The notes: generated by a model from the sequence alone, not told the origin. A DNA stretch of 64,000 bases from Rhodobacterales bacterium (GCA_965217995.1 CBDCKB010000004.1:1283788-1347787); one strand, 5' to 3'. Shown: positions 15,429-25,664, numbered from the stretch's first letter. Translations and numbers: made by a program.

Positions 15429-15868
15429 GCGCTCCTCTACCACTTCGCGCACAGGAATGATGCGCCGGTCACTATAGTTCAGGCAGATGCAGAGCCCGGA
15501 ATGCCGGAAAGCGGCAGATCTCGGCGGCACGGTAAAGATCGGGGATCCTCGCGCCTGCCGCTTCCCGCAGGGGAATGCATTGATATAGAATCGCCCCGGT
15601 GGGGTTGCCTTGACGGAAGGCAAGCGGCGGAATTCATCCGGGCGCGCATATTCGTACAATGCAGGTCAGGATGAGGGGCGTGGCATGCCGGGATGTGGAG
15701 GTCGCGTCCCGGTTCACTCCGGGGCGGAGGCGTGGCTTGTCCGCGAAGGGTTTGGGGAGCCCGGCGGCTGGATGCGGAGAGCGGGGGAATGATGGTGCAA
15801 GACGGCAGGCATGACACCGAGACGGGGATTGCGGTCCGGTCGATATCGGCGCGGTGCCGCAGCTAGGC

Positions 15869-17281
15869 ATGGTGCAGATCCATCCAGTGATCCTGTGTGG
15901 CGGCAGGGGTTCGCGGCTCTGGCCGGTGTCACGGCAGATTCATCCCAAGCAGTTTCTGCCCATGATCGGCGAGGAGAGTCTCCTGCAGGCCACCCTTGCC
16001 CGCGTGCCGCCGGATCGCGGGTATCAGAAGCCGGTGATTGTCACTTCGGAAGAGAGCCGCTTTACGGTTGCCGCGCAGCTTCAGGAAACAGGCACCCAGG
16101 CAGGGGCGATCATTCTTGAACCGGCACCCCGAAATACCGCGCCCGCGGTGGCGAGCGCAGCTCTCCATGTGGGGGCCGCTGATCCCGGGGCGCTGATGCT
16201 CGTCATGCCCGCCGATCACCATATCGAGGATACTGCGGCATTCTGGGAGGCTGTGGCCGAGGGTGTGGAAGGTGCCGTTTCCGGCCATCTTGTTGTTTTC
16301 GGTGTGACACCCGAACGGGCCGAAACCGGTTATGGCTACATCCGTCGTGGCCAGCCGGATGGCGGGCGTTTCGACGTGGTTGAATTTGTCGAGAAGCCGG
16401 ACCGCGCCCGGGCAGAAAAATATGTCGCGGCCGGTGACTGCTACTGGAATGCAGGAATTTTTCTGTTCCGCTGCGACCGCTATCTGGACGCGCTGGCGCG
16501 CGCACGCCCCGAAATCCATGCCGCAAGTGTGGCGGCTTTCAGCGGCGCCGCCCGGGATCTGGATTTCATCCGCCTCGATCGGGAGGCGGTTCTCGGCTGC
16601 CCGGCCGAATCGATCGACCATGCGGTGATGGAGAACGACGAAAGGATGCAGGTCGTACCGGTTGGCTTCGGCTGGTCCGATATCGGCTCATGGGACGCTG
16701 TCCGGAGGGTGGGTGCACCGGACGGGAATGACAATGTGGTGCAAGGCGATGTGATGCTGGAGGATTGTCGCGGCTGCTACGTGCGGAGCGATGGCAGGCT
16801 GGCGGTGGCGATCGGTGTCCAGGATCTGGTTGTGGTCGAGACCGCCGATGCGGTGCTGGTCTGCCACCGCGAGCGCGACCAGGAGGTCCGGGCGGCGGTC
16901 GAGCGCCTGGAGGCTGCCGGCCGGCCCGAGCACCAGCTGCATGCACGGACCTACCGGCCCTGGGGCTATTACGAAATTCTTCATCGGGGAGACCTGCATG
17001 AGGTCCGGCATATCCTGGTCAATCCCGGTGCCAAACTCTCGCTGCAGATGCACCACCACCGCGCGGAGCATTGGGTGGTCGTACGCGGGACCGCGATTGT
17101 TGTGCGGGGCGAAGACGAGTTCACGCTGGAGGAGAACGAGTCGACCTATATTTCGTTGGGCCAGAAGCACCGGCTGAGCAACCCGGGAAAAATTCCACTC
17201 TCCCTGATTGAGGTGCAGACCGGAACGCATCTCAGCGAGGACGACATCGTCCGTTTCGAAGATATCTACAACCGGATCTGA
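15869..17281 (+). CDS. manC: Mannose-1-phosphate guanylyltransferase / mannose-6-phosphate isomerase
   Basis: MVQIHPVILCGGRGSRLWPVSR is the nucleotidyltransferase G-loop. The C-terminal cupin has RPWGYYEIL...HHRAEHWVVVRGTA... Confidence 0.9.
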   Translation: MVQIHPVILCGGRGSRLWPVSRQIHPKQFLPMIGEESLLQATLARVPPDRGYQKPVIVTSEESRFTVAAQLQETGTQAGAIILEPAPRNTAPAVASAALHVGAADPGALMLVMPADHHIEDTAAFWEAVAEGVEGAVSGHLVVFGVTPERAETGYGYIRRGQPDGGRFDVVEFVEKPDRARAEKYVAAGDCYWNAGIFLFRCDRYLDALARARPEIHAASVAAFSGAARDLDFIRLDREAVLGCPAESIDHAVMENDERMQVVPVGFGWSDIGSWDAVRRVGAPDGNDNVVQGDVMLEDCRGCYVRSDGRLAVAIGVQDLVVVETADAVLVCHRERDQEVRAAVERLEAAGRPEHQLHARTYRPWGYYEILHRGDLHEVRHILVNPGAKLSLQMHHHRAEHWVVVRGTAIVVRGEDEFTLEENESTYISLGQKHRLSNPGKIPLSLIEVQTGTHLSEDDIVRFEDIYNRI

Positions 17282-17440
17282 GGGGCGGGCCGGAAAGCGC
17301 GCACCGCCGGGAATCGATCGGGCGGAGGGCCGGATTCTGCGGGGTATGGCCGACGGCAATGGATGTTGCACGAAGGTCCCGCGGCCTCCGGGTTCCCTTC
17401 GGACCGACAGGCACCGGAGACCGTTACGGGTGGAGGAGCG

Positions 17441-18616
17441 ATGAGCCCTTACCGCTATGCGCGCCGGGCCGAGGTGCTGGGCACCTCCGTCTACGACCAC
17501 ACGTCGGATGCCATCGTCCTGAGCAGCGGCCTCGCCTATCCCCCGACGATGCCGGAGGTGGTCCGCGAGGCGATGGAGGCCGCCCGCGACCACCGCACCG
17601 AGACGCTCCAATACGGGCCTCTTATGGGACTGGACGACCTTCGCGACGAGATCGTTCGCTTCGTGGCTGAGGACAACGTCATCTGCACCCGGGAGAATGT
17701 CCTGGTCACCAACGGCGCGAAAGGCGCGCTGGACCTCGCCTGCCGTGTCTTCATCGAGCCTGGGGACCGCGTGATCGTGACGCGGCCGACCTACATGACC
17801 GCGCTCCAGATTCTGCGCGGCCACCAGGCCGTGCTCCTGGATGTCGGCCAGGACAGCGAGGGTCTTGATGCGGACGAGCTTGAGGGCAGGCTGAAGCGCC
17901 TGGCGGTGGTCGGCGAGCGGCTGCCGAAACTCCTGTTCGACGTGCCGGATTTCCACAATCCCTGCGGCATCACGACCTCGGCGGCGCGTCGTCGTCGTCT
18001 GGTCGAACTCGCCGAGGCCTACGGGTTTGTCATTCTGGAGGACGATCCCTACCGCCGCATCCGCTTCGAGGGGGAACCGGTGCCGCCGGTCAAGTCCTTT
18101 GACACGGCGGGCGTTGTCATCGCGCTCGGCACGCTCTCCAAGATCCTGGCACCGGGCCTGCGCATCGGATGGGCGATCGGCGAGCGGGAAGTGATCGACA
18201 GGATGGCGCTCCAGAAGGCAGAGGGCGGCAGCACCCCCTTCACACAGCGGGTCGCCGCCGACCTGATGCGCAGCAACAAGATGGCCGAGTATGTCACCAG
18301 CATCACGGCCGAGATGAAACGGCACCGCGACATCATGGTGGAGGCTCTCAGGGAGCATCTACCGGAGGCGGCGATGCAGGTCCCCCAGGGCGGTTACTTT
18401 CTCTGGACGACCCTGCCCGAGGGAACCGATGCGGAAGCTGTGGTCGCCCTGGCCCTCAAGCGCGGTGTGGAGGCGAGCAGCGGCCGCATCTCCTTCCCCC
18501 ACGACGATCCCGGCGGCCATATCCGTCTCGCCTACAGTTTTGTCGACGAGGATTCGATCCGCAGCGGGATCCGCCTTCTGGGAGAGGCCTATCGTGAATA
18601 CAGGGACCGCGCCTGA
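17441..18616 (+). CDS. PLP-dependent aminotransferase (class I/II fold)
   Basis: ATG 17441 is preceded by GGAGGAG. The PLP-lysine region is [19 protein letters not shown]. Overall it resembles aspartate/aromatic-type aminotransferases. Confidence 0.8.
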   Translation: MSPYRYARRAEVLGTSVYDHTSDAIVLSSGLAYPPTMPEVVREAMEAARDHRTETLQYGPLMGLDDLRDEIVRFVAEDNVICTRENVLVTNGAKGALDLACRVFIEPGDRVIVTRPTYMTALQILRGHQAVLLDVGQDSEGLDADELEGRLKRLAVVGERLPKLLFDVPDFHNPCGITTSAARRRRLVELAEAYGFVILEDDPYRRIRFEGEPVPPVKSFDTAGVVIALGTLSKILAPGLRIGWAIGEREVIDRMALQKAEGGSTPFTQRVAADLMRSNKMAEYVTSITAEMKRHRDIMVEALREHLPEAAMQVPQGGYFLWTTLPEGTDAEAVVALALKRGVEASSGRISFPHDDPGGHIRLAYSFVDEDSIRSGIRLLGEAYREYRDRA

Positions 18617-18653
18617 ACTCGCACCCCACCCAAGCCAAGGAGGACCGCATCAT

Positions 18654-18992
18654 GCCCTGCCCGGCGTCGGGCAGAACCTGATGGACCATTCCATCACCTC
18701 CATCCAGGTCGGGTGCCGGAAGCCGGTGTCGCTCTACCGGCATCTCAATCCGCTGGCGCAGGCCGGGATGGCGGTGCTCGATCCGCAATGTCGTGTGATC
18801 GGGGTCGAGGGGCTCCGCGTCGTGGATGCCTCGGTCATGCCGATGATCCCCTCGTGCAATCTCAACGGTCCGACCCTGATGATCGGCGAGAAGGCCGCGG
18901 GTCTGATTGCGGGGCGCGTCCCATTGCCGGCCTCGAACCTGCCCTATTTTGTGGATCCGCACTGGCGGACGCGGCAGCGGAGCGCGGCGTAG
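18654..18992 (+). pseudogene. Remnant of a GMC-family oxidoreductase (choline dehydrogenase-like), missing the N-terminus and with an internal deletion
   Basis: [12 protein letters not shown]...KPVSLY is joined directly to the extreme C-terminal block [47 protein letters not shown]. Full-length GMC enzymes are ~530-560 aa, and here only ~110 aa remain. Confidence 0.65.
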
Positions 18993-19056
18993 GATCCTGT
19001 CGGGCGGGGGACCGGGACGGCCGCGGGCTCCGGGATGCGGGCGGATGCGTCGGCCC

Positions 19057-19133
19057 TGGCGACCCCGGGAGGATTCGAACCTCCGACCTACCGCTTAGGA
19101 GGCGGTCGCTCTGTCCGGCTGAGCTACGGGGTC
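19057..19133 (-). tRNA. tRNA-Arg (anticodon CCT)
   Basis: The reverse complement reads GACCCCGTAGCTCAGCCGGACAGAGCGACCGCCTCCTAAGCGGTAGGTCGGAGGTTCGAATCCTCCCGGGGTCGCCA. The cloverleaf folds by eye, with anticodon loop CTCCTAA, T-loop GGTTCGAATCC and an encoded CCA. Confidence 0.9.
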
Positions 19134-19218
19134 GATCCAAGGGACAGGTTTATAGACCATCGGAGAATCCGGTGCCGTGCCGCGGCCCGCAGGCTCGGGA
19201 TGCCCGTGCCCGCGCATC

Positions 19219-19959
19219 TCACCCATAGCGCACCTCCTCGAGATACAGCCCGTCCGGGGGCGCGACCGGGCCGCAGGCGGTGCGGTCGCGCGCTTCGAGG
19301 GCGGTGCGCACCTCCTCGATCTTCCAGCGCCCGGCACCGACCCGTTCCAGGGTGCCGACCATGCTCCGCACCTGCCGGTGCAGGAAACTCCGGGCCCGGG
19401 CCCGGATGCAGATCTGCCCGCCGGTGCGGTGTACGGAAATTTCATCCAGGGTGCGGAGCGGCGAGCGGGCCTGGCATTGCGTGGAGCGGAAGGTTGTGAA
19501 GTCGTGATGTCCGATGAGATGCTGTGCGGCCTCGTGCATGTTTTCGGCATCGAGATTTTCCGGCCGGTGCCAGACAAGTCCGCGTTCGATGGCGGCCGGT
19601 GCCGCCCGGGCGGTGATGCGATAGAGATAGACCCGTTCGATCGCATCGTGGCGGGCATGGAAATCCTCGGCCACCTGTCGGGCATCGAGCACGGCAATCG
19701 ATTCGTATTTGAGCTGGGTGTTGGCGGCGGCCTGGAGGCGCTCCGGCTCCCAGTCGCGGGCGAGATCGACATGCGCGACCTGGCCCAGCGCATGCACACC
19801 GACATCGGTGCGCCCGGCTCCATAGACAGACGGCCGGGCCGGCTCGACCGCGGCCAGCGCATCCTCGAGTGTCTGCTGGACCGAACGTTCGCTCTTCTGG
19901 CGCTGCCAGCCGGCATATCGCCCGCCATGATACTCGATGCACAGCCGGTAGCGTGGCAT
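19219..19959 (-). CDS. truA: tRNA pseudouridine(38-40) synthase
   Basis: 246 aa, starting MPRYRLCIEYHGGRYAGWQRQ, with the catalytic-Asp region GAGRTDVGVHALGQVAHVD. Confidence 0.93.
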   Translation of the reverse strand: MPRYRLCIEYHGGRYAGWQRQKSERSVQQTLEDALAAVEPARPSVYGAGRTDVGVHALGQVAHVDLARDWEPERLQAAANTQLKYESIAVLDARQVAEDFHARHDAIERVYLYRITARAAPAAIERGLVWHRPENLDAENMHEAAQHLIGHHDFTTFRSTQCQARSPLRTLDEISVHRTGGQICIRARARSFLHRQVRSMVGTLERVGAGRWKIEEVRTALEARDRTACGPVAPPDGLYLEEVRYG

Positions 19960-19964
19960 GGACC

Positions 19965-20771
19965 CTACGGGGCCTCGTTGAGGCTCCAGTTGTATTCGTC
20001 TCTGGCGATGCCTGAAATTTCCTTGAGCGCGAGCTTCAGGTCGGGTTCGGCATGCGCCTTCAGATGGCTGATGATGCCCGCATCGTTGCCGCCGAAATCC
20101 TCTGCATACCAGGCATAGATCGAGGACACGATGAGTTTGCCATCCTCAATGCGGGCGGCGCGCGAATGATTCACATAGGCCTGCGCGGCAGCGTCCAGGG
20201 TCGCCTCGGCATCGGTCACGGGAAAGGATTTGAGGTCGAGATTCGGACAGCCGATGGAGGCGCAGTTGACCACATAATGGATCCGGGGGTCGTTCCAGAT
20301 CGGGCGCAGGATGCCGTGCTCGATGTCGTTCAGACTGAGGGTGCGGCCGGCGACTGTGACGGCATCGTCGTCCCACGGCCCGCGTGCGAACAGCCCGCCG
20401 CCGATATCGCGGATGCTGTCGACCGGCTGCTCGTTGAGGATCAGCGCCACGGTGGCGGCGTTGTAGAGATTCACCCAGTAGGCGAATTGCTCGGCGCGCG
20501 ACAGCGCCGTCGGGTCGGCGGCCTGCAGGTGTTCGAGATAGGCGGCCAGTTCGGTCTGGCCTCCGGCATCGACCTTGCTGTATGCGACGCGGTTGATGCC
20601 GTCCGGACTTGCGGTCGCCCAGCGGTCGAGAAACGCGTCCCAGGCCTGGTGGACGATGCTGCCGGATCCCGATTGGGTCCAGTGTTCGTCCACGAGTTCT
20701 GACTTTGGCGCAGCCTCGGCCGTGCTGGCGGTGGTCACGGCCGCGATGAGCAGGGCAGCAACAATTCGCAT
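19965..20771 (-). CDS. DUF547 domain-containing secreted protein
   Basis: Start at MRIVAALLIAAVTTASTAEA (20771, signal peptide). It contains FAYWVNLYNAATVALIL and HYVVNCASIGCPNL, which are characteristic of DUF547. Confidence 0.8.
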   Translation of the reverse strand: MRIVAALLIAAVTTASTAEAAPKSELVDEHWTQSGSGSIVHQAWDAFLDRWATASPDGINRVAYSKVDAGGQTELAAYLEHLQAADPTALSRAEQFAYWVNLYNAATVALILNEQPVDSIRDIGGGLFARGPWDDDAVTVAGRTLSLNDIEHGILRPIWNDPRIHYVVNCASIGCPNLDLKSFPVTDAEATLDAAAQAYVNHSRAARIEDGKLIVSSIYAWYAEDFGGNDAGIISHLKAHAEPDLKLALKEISGIARDEYNWSLNEAP

Positions 20772-21198
20772 GGGCTCTCTCCACTGATAGTGCGTGTTGC
20801 ACAGGCTGGTTTTCCGTGCGGGTCTCAAACAGTTCGGCATGCTACACTCCTGCCCCCTTGCATGATAGGTACTCTTCTCGATGGAAGGTCCATCGAGATC
20901 CCCTGTCTTTCCTGCATGTAGTGGGATGGCACTTGTTCTTGCTCTGGACTCTCCTTCCGCCGCACAGAATGGAGCAGGTCTCTTCCTGCGTGTCCATCTC
21001 TGCCTCATATCATTGCAATTATTGCATTTTCCGGTCCCCTGCGGTGTTAAGTTGTGGTTCCGGGTTTCTTTGTGCGGGGCTTCCCCGGATTATTGGTATT
21101 TGGTGGATCGGATTGCATATACGGAGCCCCATCTCACAATCGTGGAAAAGATTGTGAAACGGGTCTCCGTTGGTTTCGGAGAACCGGGATGCGCAATC

Positions 21199-21567
21199 CT
21201 ATGCTCGCATAGTAACGGTTAGCTCAACTCTGTGAATAGATATTGTTTCATCAATGCTCGCTGGATCATCAATGTTTGCTGAATCATCTACACAATCATC
21301 TATACGCGTCAAAGGTGGAAGCAATTTTATCGTCTCATTTCGCAATTGTCTGCTTTTGTCATAACTTTGACTTGAAATGATGATGGTGATTTGTTCATGT
21401 GTGATGCTACTACTTCGCAGTGTGTCGCTTATTTCGACACCGCTGGAATAGACAGCAATGTTCGGCATTGGACTATATTCGGGAACTACTCCGGCGTAAC
21501 ATTCTCCTTTTACGAGTGGGTCGAGCATTGACACCATATGGCTCACCGGGTCGGTTTGATCAGGCAT
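21199..21567 (-). CDS. Hypothetical protein in the AT-rich islet (weak resemblance to DUF3168-type phage head-tail/tail-completion proteins)
   Basis: 122-aa ORF in ~40% GC DNA. The pattern ...YAGVVPEYSPMPNIAVYS...EQITIIISSQSYDKSRQL...HRVELTVT loosely recalls DUF3168, with no recognisable motif beyond that. Confidence 0.35.
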   Translation of the reverse strand: MPDQTDPVSHMVSMLDPLVKGECYAGVVPEYSPMPNIAVYSSGVEISDTLRSSSITHEQITIIISSQSYDKSRQLRNETIKLLPPLTRIDDCVDDSANIDDPASIDETISIHRVELTVTMRA

Positions 21568-21671
21568 AATTTTTTACCTCTCGGGTTGTTCCTAGATGAA
21601 ATTCTTATCGAGCCAGCAGTATAGGATGTTCTGAGAAGGCAGTCAATGGCTGTTAGGGTTCTTTCTGGAAT

Positions 21672-22115
21672 TCACTTCGTTGGATCTGGCATGGCATCCA
21701 CGATTTTTACAGTCCCCATACTGATATGGAGCAGTTGCTCATAGCAGGCCAGTATCTCGCTTGGAGCGGAATACATGGCATTCGGGTCCGACATGTAGCC
21801 GGTTTCCTTGCCGTTGCGCTTCAGTTTCTTGATCGAGTGCTGGTTCATGAACCATTTTAGGGTTGATTTTCCGTTCAGCTCGTACTGGAAAGCATTTTTG
21901 GAGTTTTTCTCCAGGATCACATCCGGATTGACGGCGATCTCCCGGAATCCGTCTTTGGGCACTGGAGACAGGGCCTGTCCGGATGCGGTGAATTTCAGGT
22001 CTTTGAAGCCCTTGCCGTCTCTGCAGCGGATACGGTGAATATGACCGGCATCTAGGTGAAGTTCTTCCTCCGGATGGGATCCGCCGGAGTCGGATTCAGC
22101 TGCATCTGAAGCCAC
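21672..22115 (-). pseudogene. C-terminal remnant of a type ISP restriction-modification enzyme / associated DNA methyltransferase
   Basis: FQYELNGKSTLKWFMNQHSIKKLKRNGKETGYMSDPNAMYS..EILACYEQLLHISMGTVKIVDAMPD follows the conserved C-terminal block of type ISP enzymes (Y.lG.rSaLEW..dqY.......SGI.nDPN......i..li.rv..vSveTvkIv..lP). It is only 147 aa, versus over 900 aa for intact enzymes, and it lies in low-GC DNA. Confidence 0.55.
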
Positions 22116-22302
22116 GAGGTAATTTCCATCAGGATAGGCCAGAAACAGACAGGTTGCTTATTGCACGGGGATGCCGGAATTCGAGCCGCTCGGCCTGCGA
22201 CGATCCGCTCTCCGTTCGAGTGTTTGGACATCTGCCCCGTCTGGCTATACTCCCGTTCCCGAGCTCGCATCCGTTTCTGCATCCCGCTTCGGGGCGCTTC
22301 CT

Positions 22303-25209
22303 ATGCCCAAAGAATCCCGACCCGCGGACGCCGTCGCCAGCCCGTCTGCGTATCGCGACACCTTGTTTCTGCCCCGCACGGATTTTCCCATGCGTGCCGG
22401 GCTTCCGAAACGCGAACCCGAATGGCTGGCGCGCTGGGCGCGGATGAAGCAGCACCGCCAGCAGCGCGAGGCCGCACGGGGGCGGGAGCGGTTCATTCTC
22501 CATGACGGCCCTCCCTACGCCAACGGCAATCTGCATATCGGCCACGCGCTCAACAAGATTCTCAAGGACATGGTGTACCGCTCGCAGCAGATGATGGGCC
22601 GGGATGCCCGCTATGTGCCGGGTTGGGACTGCCATGGGCTGCCGATCGAATGGAAGGTCGAGGAGGCGTTTGCGGCCGCCGGCCGTCCCAAGAGTGAGGT
22701 GCCGGTCGCCGAGCTGCGGGCCGCCTGCCGGGCCTTTGCGGAGAAATGGATCGATATCCAGCGCGAGGAATTCATCCGGCTCGGTGTGGGTGGTGACTGG
22801 GAGGACGCCTATACCACCATGGCCCCGGAGAACGAGGCCCGGATCGCCGCCGAATTTCTGAAATTCGTGATGAACGGGGCCCTGTATCGGGGATCCAAGC
22901 CGGTCCTGTGGTCGACCGTCGAGAACACCGCCCTGGCCGAGGCCGAGATCGAGTATTTCGATCACACTTCGCCCACCGTCACCGTCCGGTTTCCGGTCCT
23001 GGCCGGGCCACCTGCGCTGGCCGGGGCTTCGGTCGCGATCTGGACGACGACCCCCTGGACGATTCCCTCGAACCGTGCCGTCGCCTTCTCGCCGGATCTG
23101 GTCTACGGCGTCTATCGGGTCGAGGCGGCACCGGAGGGCAACTGGGCGACACCGGGTGACCGGCTGGTTCTGGCCGACTCGCTCGCCGAAACGGTGTTTC
23201 GGGAGGCGCGGGTGGAACGTTTCACGCGTGAGGGCGATGCCGGCGGGCTGGCCGACACGATGTGTGCGCATCCGCTGCGGGAGGCTCCCGGGGGCGGGGA
23301 TTTCTGGGCTTATGACGTGCCGGTGCACCCGGCGGGGTTTGTGACCGGCGACACCGGCACCGGCTTCGTGCATGTGGCGCCTTCCCATGGTGCCGACGAC
23401 TATGAGCTCGGCGTCCGGCACGGGCTGGAGATCACCCACAACATCGACGCCGAGGGCCGTTTCACCGACAGGGTGCCGTTCTTTGCCGGCCAGGCAATCC
23501 ACGACCCGAAGGGTGCCGAGGGGACCGCCAATGAGGTGGTCACGCAGAAGCTGCTGGAGACCGGTTCGCTGGTCGCGCGGGCGCGGCTCCGCCATCCGTA
23601 CCCCCATAGCTGGCGCTCGAAAGCACCGCTGATCTTCCGCAATACGCCGCAGTGGTTTATCGGCATGGACACGCCTCTCAAGGACGGATTGGGCGAGGGT
23701 GGGGCCAGCATCCGGGATCGTGCCCTCACATCGATCCGGGAGCGGGTGCGCTGGGTGCCGGAAACCGGCCGCAACCGGATCGAGGCCATGATCCGGACCC
23801 GGCCCGACTGGGTGGTGTCGCGCCAGCGTGCCTGGGGGGTGCCGCTCGCCTGTTTCGTCGAACGCGCGACCGGCGAGCTGCTGCGCGACGAGACGGTGAA
23901 TGCCCGGATTGTCGAGGTGTTCCGCACCGAGGGTGCCGATGCGTGGTTCGCGGACGGTGCGGCGGCGCGCTTTCTGGGCCCCGGGCGCGATCCGGCGGAC
24001 TGGGAGAAGATCGACGACATTCTCGATGTATGGTTCGAATCGGGCAGCACCCATGCCTTCGTGCTCGAGGCCGCGGACGAACCCGGCCTCTGGCCGGCCT
24101 CGCTCTATCTCGAAGGCACCGACCAGCATCGGGGCTGGTTCCACTCCTCATTGCTGGAGAGCTGCGGCACCCGCGGCCGGGCTCCCTATGAAGCGGTGCT
24201 CACCCACGGTTTCGTGCTGGATGAGAGCGGCAAGAAGATGTCGAAATCCATGGGCAATGTCACCGCCCCGCAGGAGGTGATCGAGGCTTTCGGGGCCGAC
24301 ATCCTGCGCTTCTGGATTGCCGGAGCGGATTCCTCGCAGAATTTGCGCATCGGCCCGGGGATCCTGAAATCGACGACGGATTCCTATCGCCGGTTGCGGA
24401 ACACCCTGCGCTTCCTGCTCGGCAATCTCAGCGGCTGGGAGGAGTCCGAGCACGTGGCCCGCGATGAGATGCCGCTCCTGGAGCGCTGGGTGCTGCATCG
24501 GCTGGCCGAGCTCGACGTCACGATCCGCACGGCCTACGAGAATTTTGCGTTCCAGCGCGCGTTCTCGGAACTGTTCAATTTCTGCACCAATGATCTGTCG
24601 TCCTTCTATTTCGACACCCGCAAGGATGTGCTGTATTGCGCGGCGGCGACCGATCTCCACCGGCGCGCCTGTCGCACGGTGCTCGATCTGACCTTCCGTC
24701 GGGTGGTGACCTGGCTGGCACCGACGCTTTGCTTCACCGCCGAGGAGGCGTGGCTGTCGCGCTTCGGCGACAGCACATCGGTACATCTTGAAACCTTCCC
24801 GGAGACACCGGCGGACTGGGTGGATCCCGAGCTTGATGCGCGGATGGCGCGGTTGCGTGTTGCCCGGCGGGTGGTGACGGGGGCGATCGAAATCGCACGG
24901 CAGGAAAAACGCCTGGGCGGGTCGCTGGAAGCCAGGGCTGTGCTCCATGTCGCCGATCCCGAACGGGCGGCCGAGATCGAGGCGGTCGATTTTTCGGAAC
25001 TCTGCATCGTCTCGCAGTCTGAGCTGCGGCAAGGAGAGGGGCCGACGGATGCGTTTCGTATCGAGGGCGTGCCGGGCATTGCTGTCGGGATCGAGAAGGT
25101 CGAGGACGGGCGCTGTGCGCGGTGCTGGCGGATGCTTCCGGGGGTCGGTGCACAGGCGCGGCCGGATCTCTGCGAGCGTTGCGACCGCGTGCTGGGCCCC
25201 GCTGCATGA
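22303..25209 (+). CDS. ileS: Isoleucine--tRNA ligase
   Basis: ATG 22303 within ORF 22171..25209. The HIGH motif (PYANGNLHIGHAL) and KMSKS motif (GKKMSKSMGN) are present, along with a C-terminal zinc-binding CARCW...CERC. Confidence 0.97.
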   Translation: MPKESRPADAVASPSAYRDTLFLPRTDFPMRAGLPKREPEWLARWARMKQHRQQREAARGRERFILHDGPPYANGNLHIGHALNKILKDMVYRSQQMMGRDARYVPGWDCHGLPIEWKVEEAFAAAGRPKSEVPVAELRAACRAFAEKWIDIQREEFIRLGVGGDWEDAYTTMAPENEARIAAEFLKFVMNGALYRGSKPVLWSTVENTALAEAEIEYFDHTSPTVTVRFPVLAGPPALAGASVAIWTTTPWTIPSNRAVAFSPDLVYGVYRVEAAPEGNWATPGDRLVLADSLAETVFREARVERFTREGDAGGLADTMCAHPLREAPGGGDFWAYDVPVHPAGFVTGDTGTGFVHVAPSHGADDYELGVRHGLEITHNIDAEGRFTDRVPFFAGQAIHDPKGAEGTANEVVTQKLLETGSLVARARLRHPYPHSWRSKAPLIFRNTPQWFIGMDTPLKDGLGEGGASIRDRALTSIRERVRWVPETGRNRIEAMIRTRPDWVVSRQRAWGVPLACFVERATGELLRDETVNARIVEVFRTEGADAWFADGAAARFLGPGRDPADWEKIDDILDVWFESGSTHAFVLEAADEPGLWPASLYLEGTDQHRGWFHSSLLESCGTRGRAPYEAVLTHGFVLDESGKKMSKSMGNVTAPQEVIEAFGADILRFWIAGADSSQNLRIGPGILKSTTDSYRRLRNTLRFLLGNLSGWEESEHVARDEMPLLERWVLHRLAELDVTIRTAYENFAFQRAFSELFNFCTNDLSSFYFDTRKDVLYCAAATDLHRRACRTVLDLTFRRVVTWLAPTLCFTAEEAWLSRFGDSTSVHLETFPETPADWVDPELDARMARLRVARRVVTGAIEIARQEKRLGGSLEARAVLHVADPERAAEIEAVDFSELCIVSQSELRQGEGPTDAFRIEGVPGIAVGIEKVEDGRCARCWRMLPGVGAQARPDLCERCDRVLGPAA

Positions 25210-25664
25210 GAGGCGCGGCCGCAGGGCCTGCCCTGGTTGTCGCGGCCGGCATCTTTGCCATCGACCAGGCGATCAAATACTGGGCGCTCGGCCTGCCTCT
25301 GACCGGGGCGGGAATGGAGGTCAACGCGTTTCTGCGCATTGTGCGGGTCTGGAATACGGGGATCAATTTCGGCCTGCTGGACGGGGAGTCTGCGCTCTGG
25401 CTGCCCTATCTGCTTGCCGGTGTTTCCGTTCTTGTCGGCCTGGCGCTTATCTGGTGGGCGGCGCGTTCCGACAGTCTCTGGCGCAAGCTTGTCTGCGGTG
25501 CGGTGGCCGGGGGCGCCTGGGGGAACGGTTTTGACCGGCTGGTGCATGGCGCCGTGCATGACTATCTGAATGTCAGCTGTTGCGGTATCCAGAATCCCTA
25601 TGCGTTCAACCTGGCCGACACGGCGATCACGCTGGGGGCTCTGGCTTTGATCTTTCGTCGCTAG
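25206..25664 (+). CDS. lspA: Lipoprotein signal peptidase (signal peptidase II)
   Basis: ATG 25206 overlaps the ileS stop. It is a multi-TM protein with WNTGINFG and FNLADTAITLGA motifs. The ileS-lspA order is conserved. Confidence 0.9.
   Translation: MRGAAAGPALVVAAGIFAIDQAIKYWALGLPLTGAGMEVNAFLRIVRVWNTGINFGLLDGESALWLPYLLAGVSVLVGLALIWWAARSDSLWRKLVCGAVAGGAWGNGFDRLVHGAVHDYLNVSCCGIQNPYAFNLADTAITLGALALIFRR

Noticed and set aside
22129-24144. 671-aa minus-strand ORF and other very long shadow ORFs: 16688..18358, 26297..27964, 28001..29827, 30126..32045, 32558..35692, 39490..41208 and 57136..59187
   Set aside because: Each lies antisense to a confidently identified gene (ileS, manC and the aminotransferase, the M16 peptidases, mutL, fdsBA, aroB and dinB, atpGD). 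Their translations are Arg/Pro/Gly-rich with no motifs, which is typical of GC-rich antisense frames.
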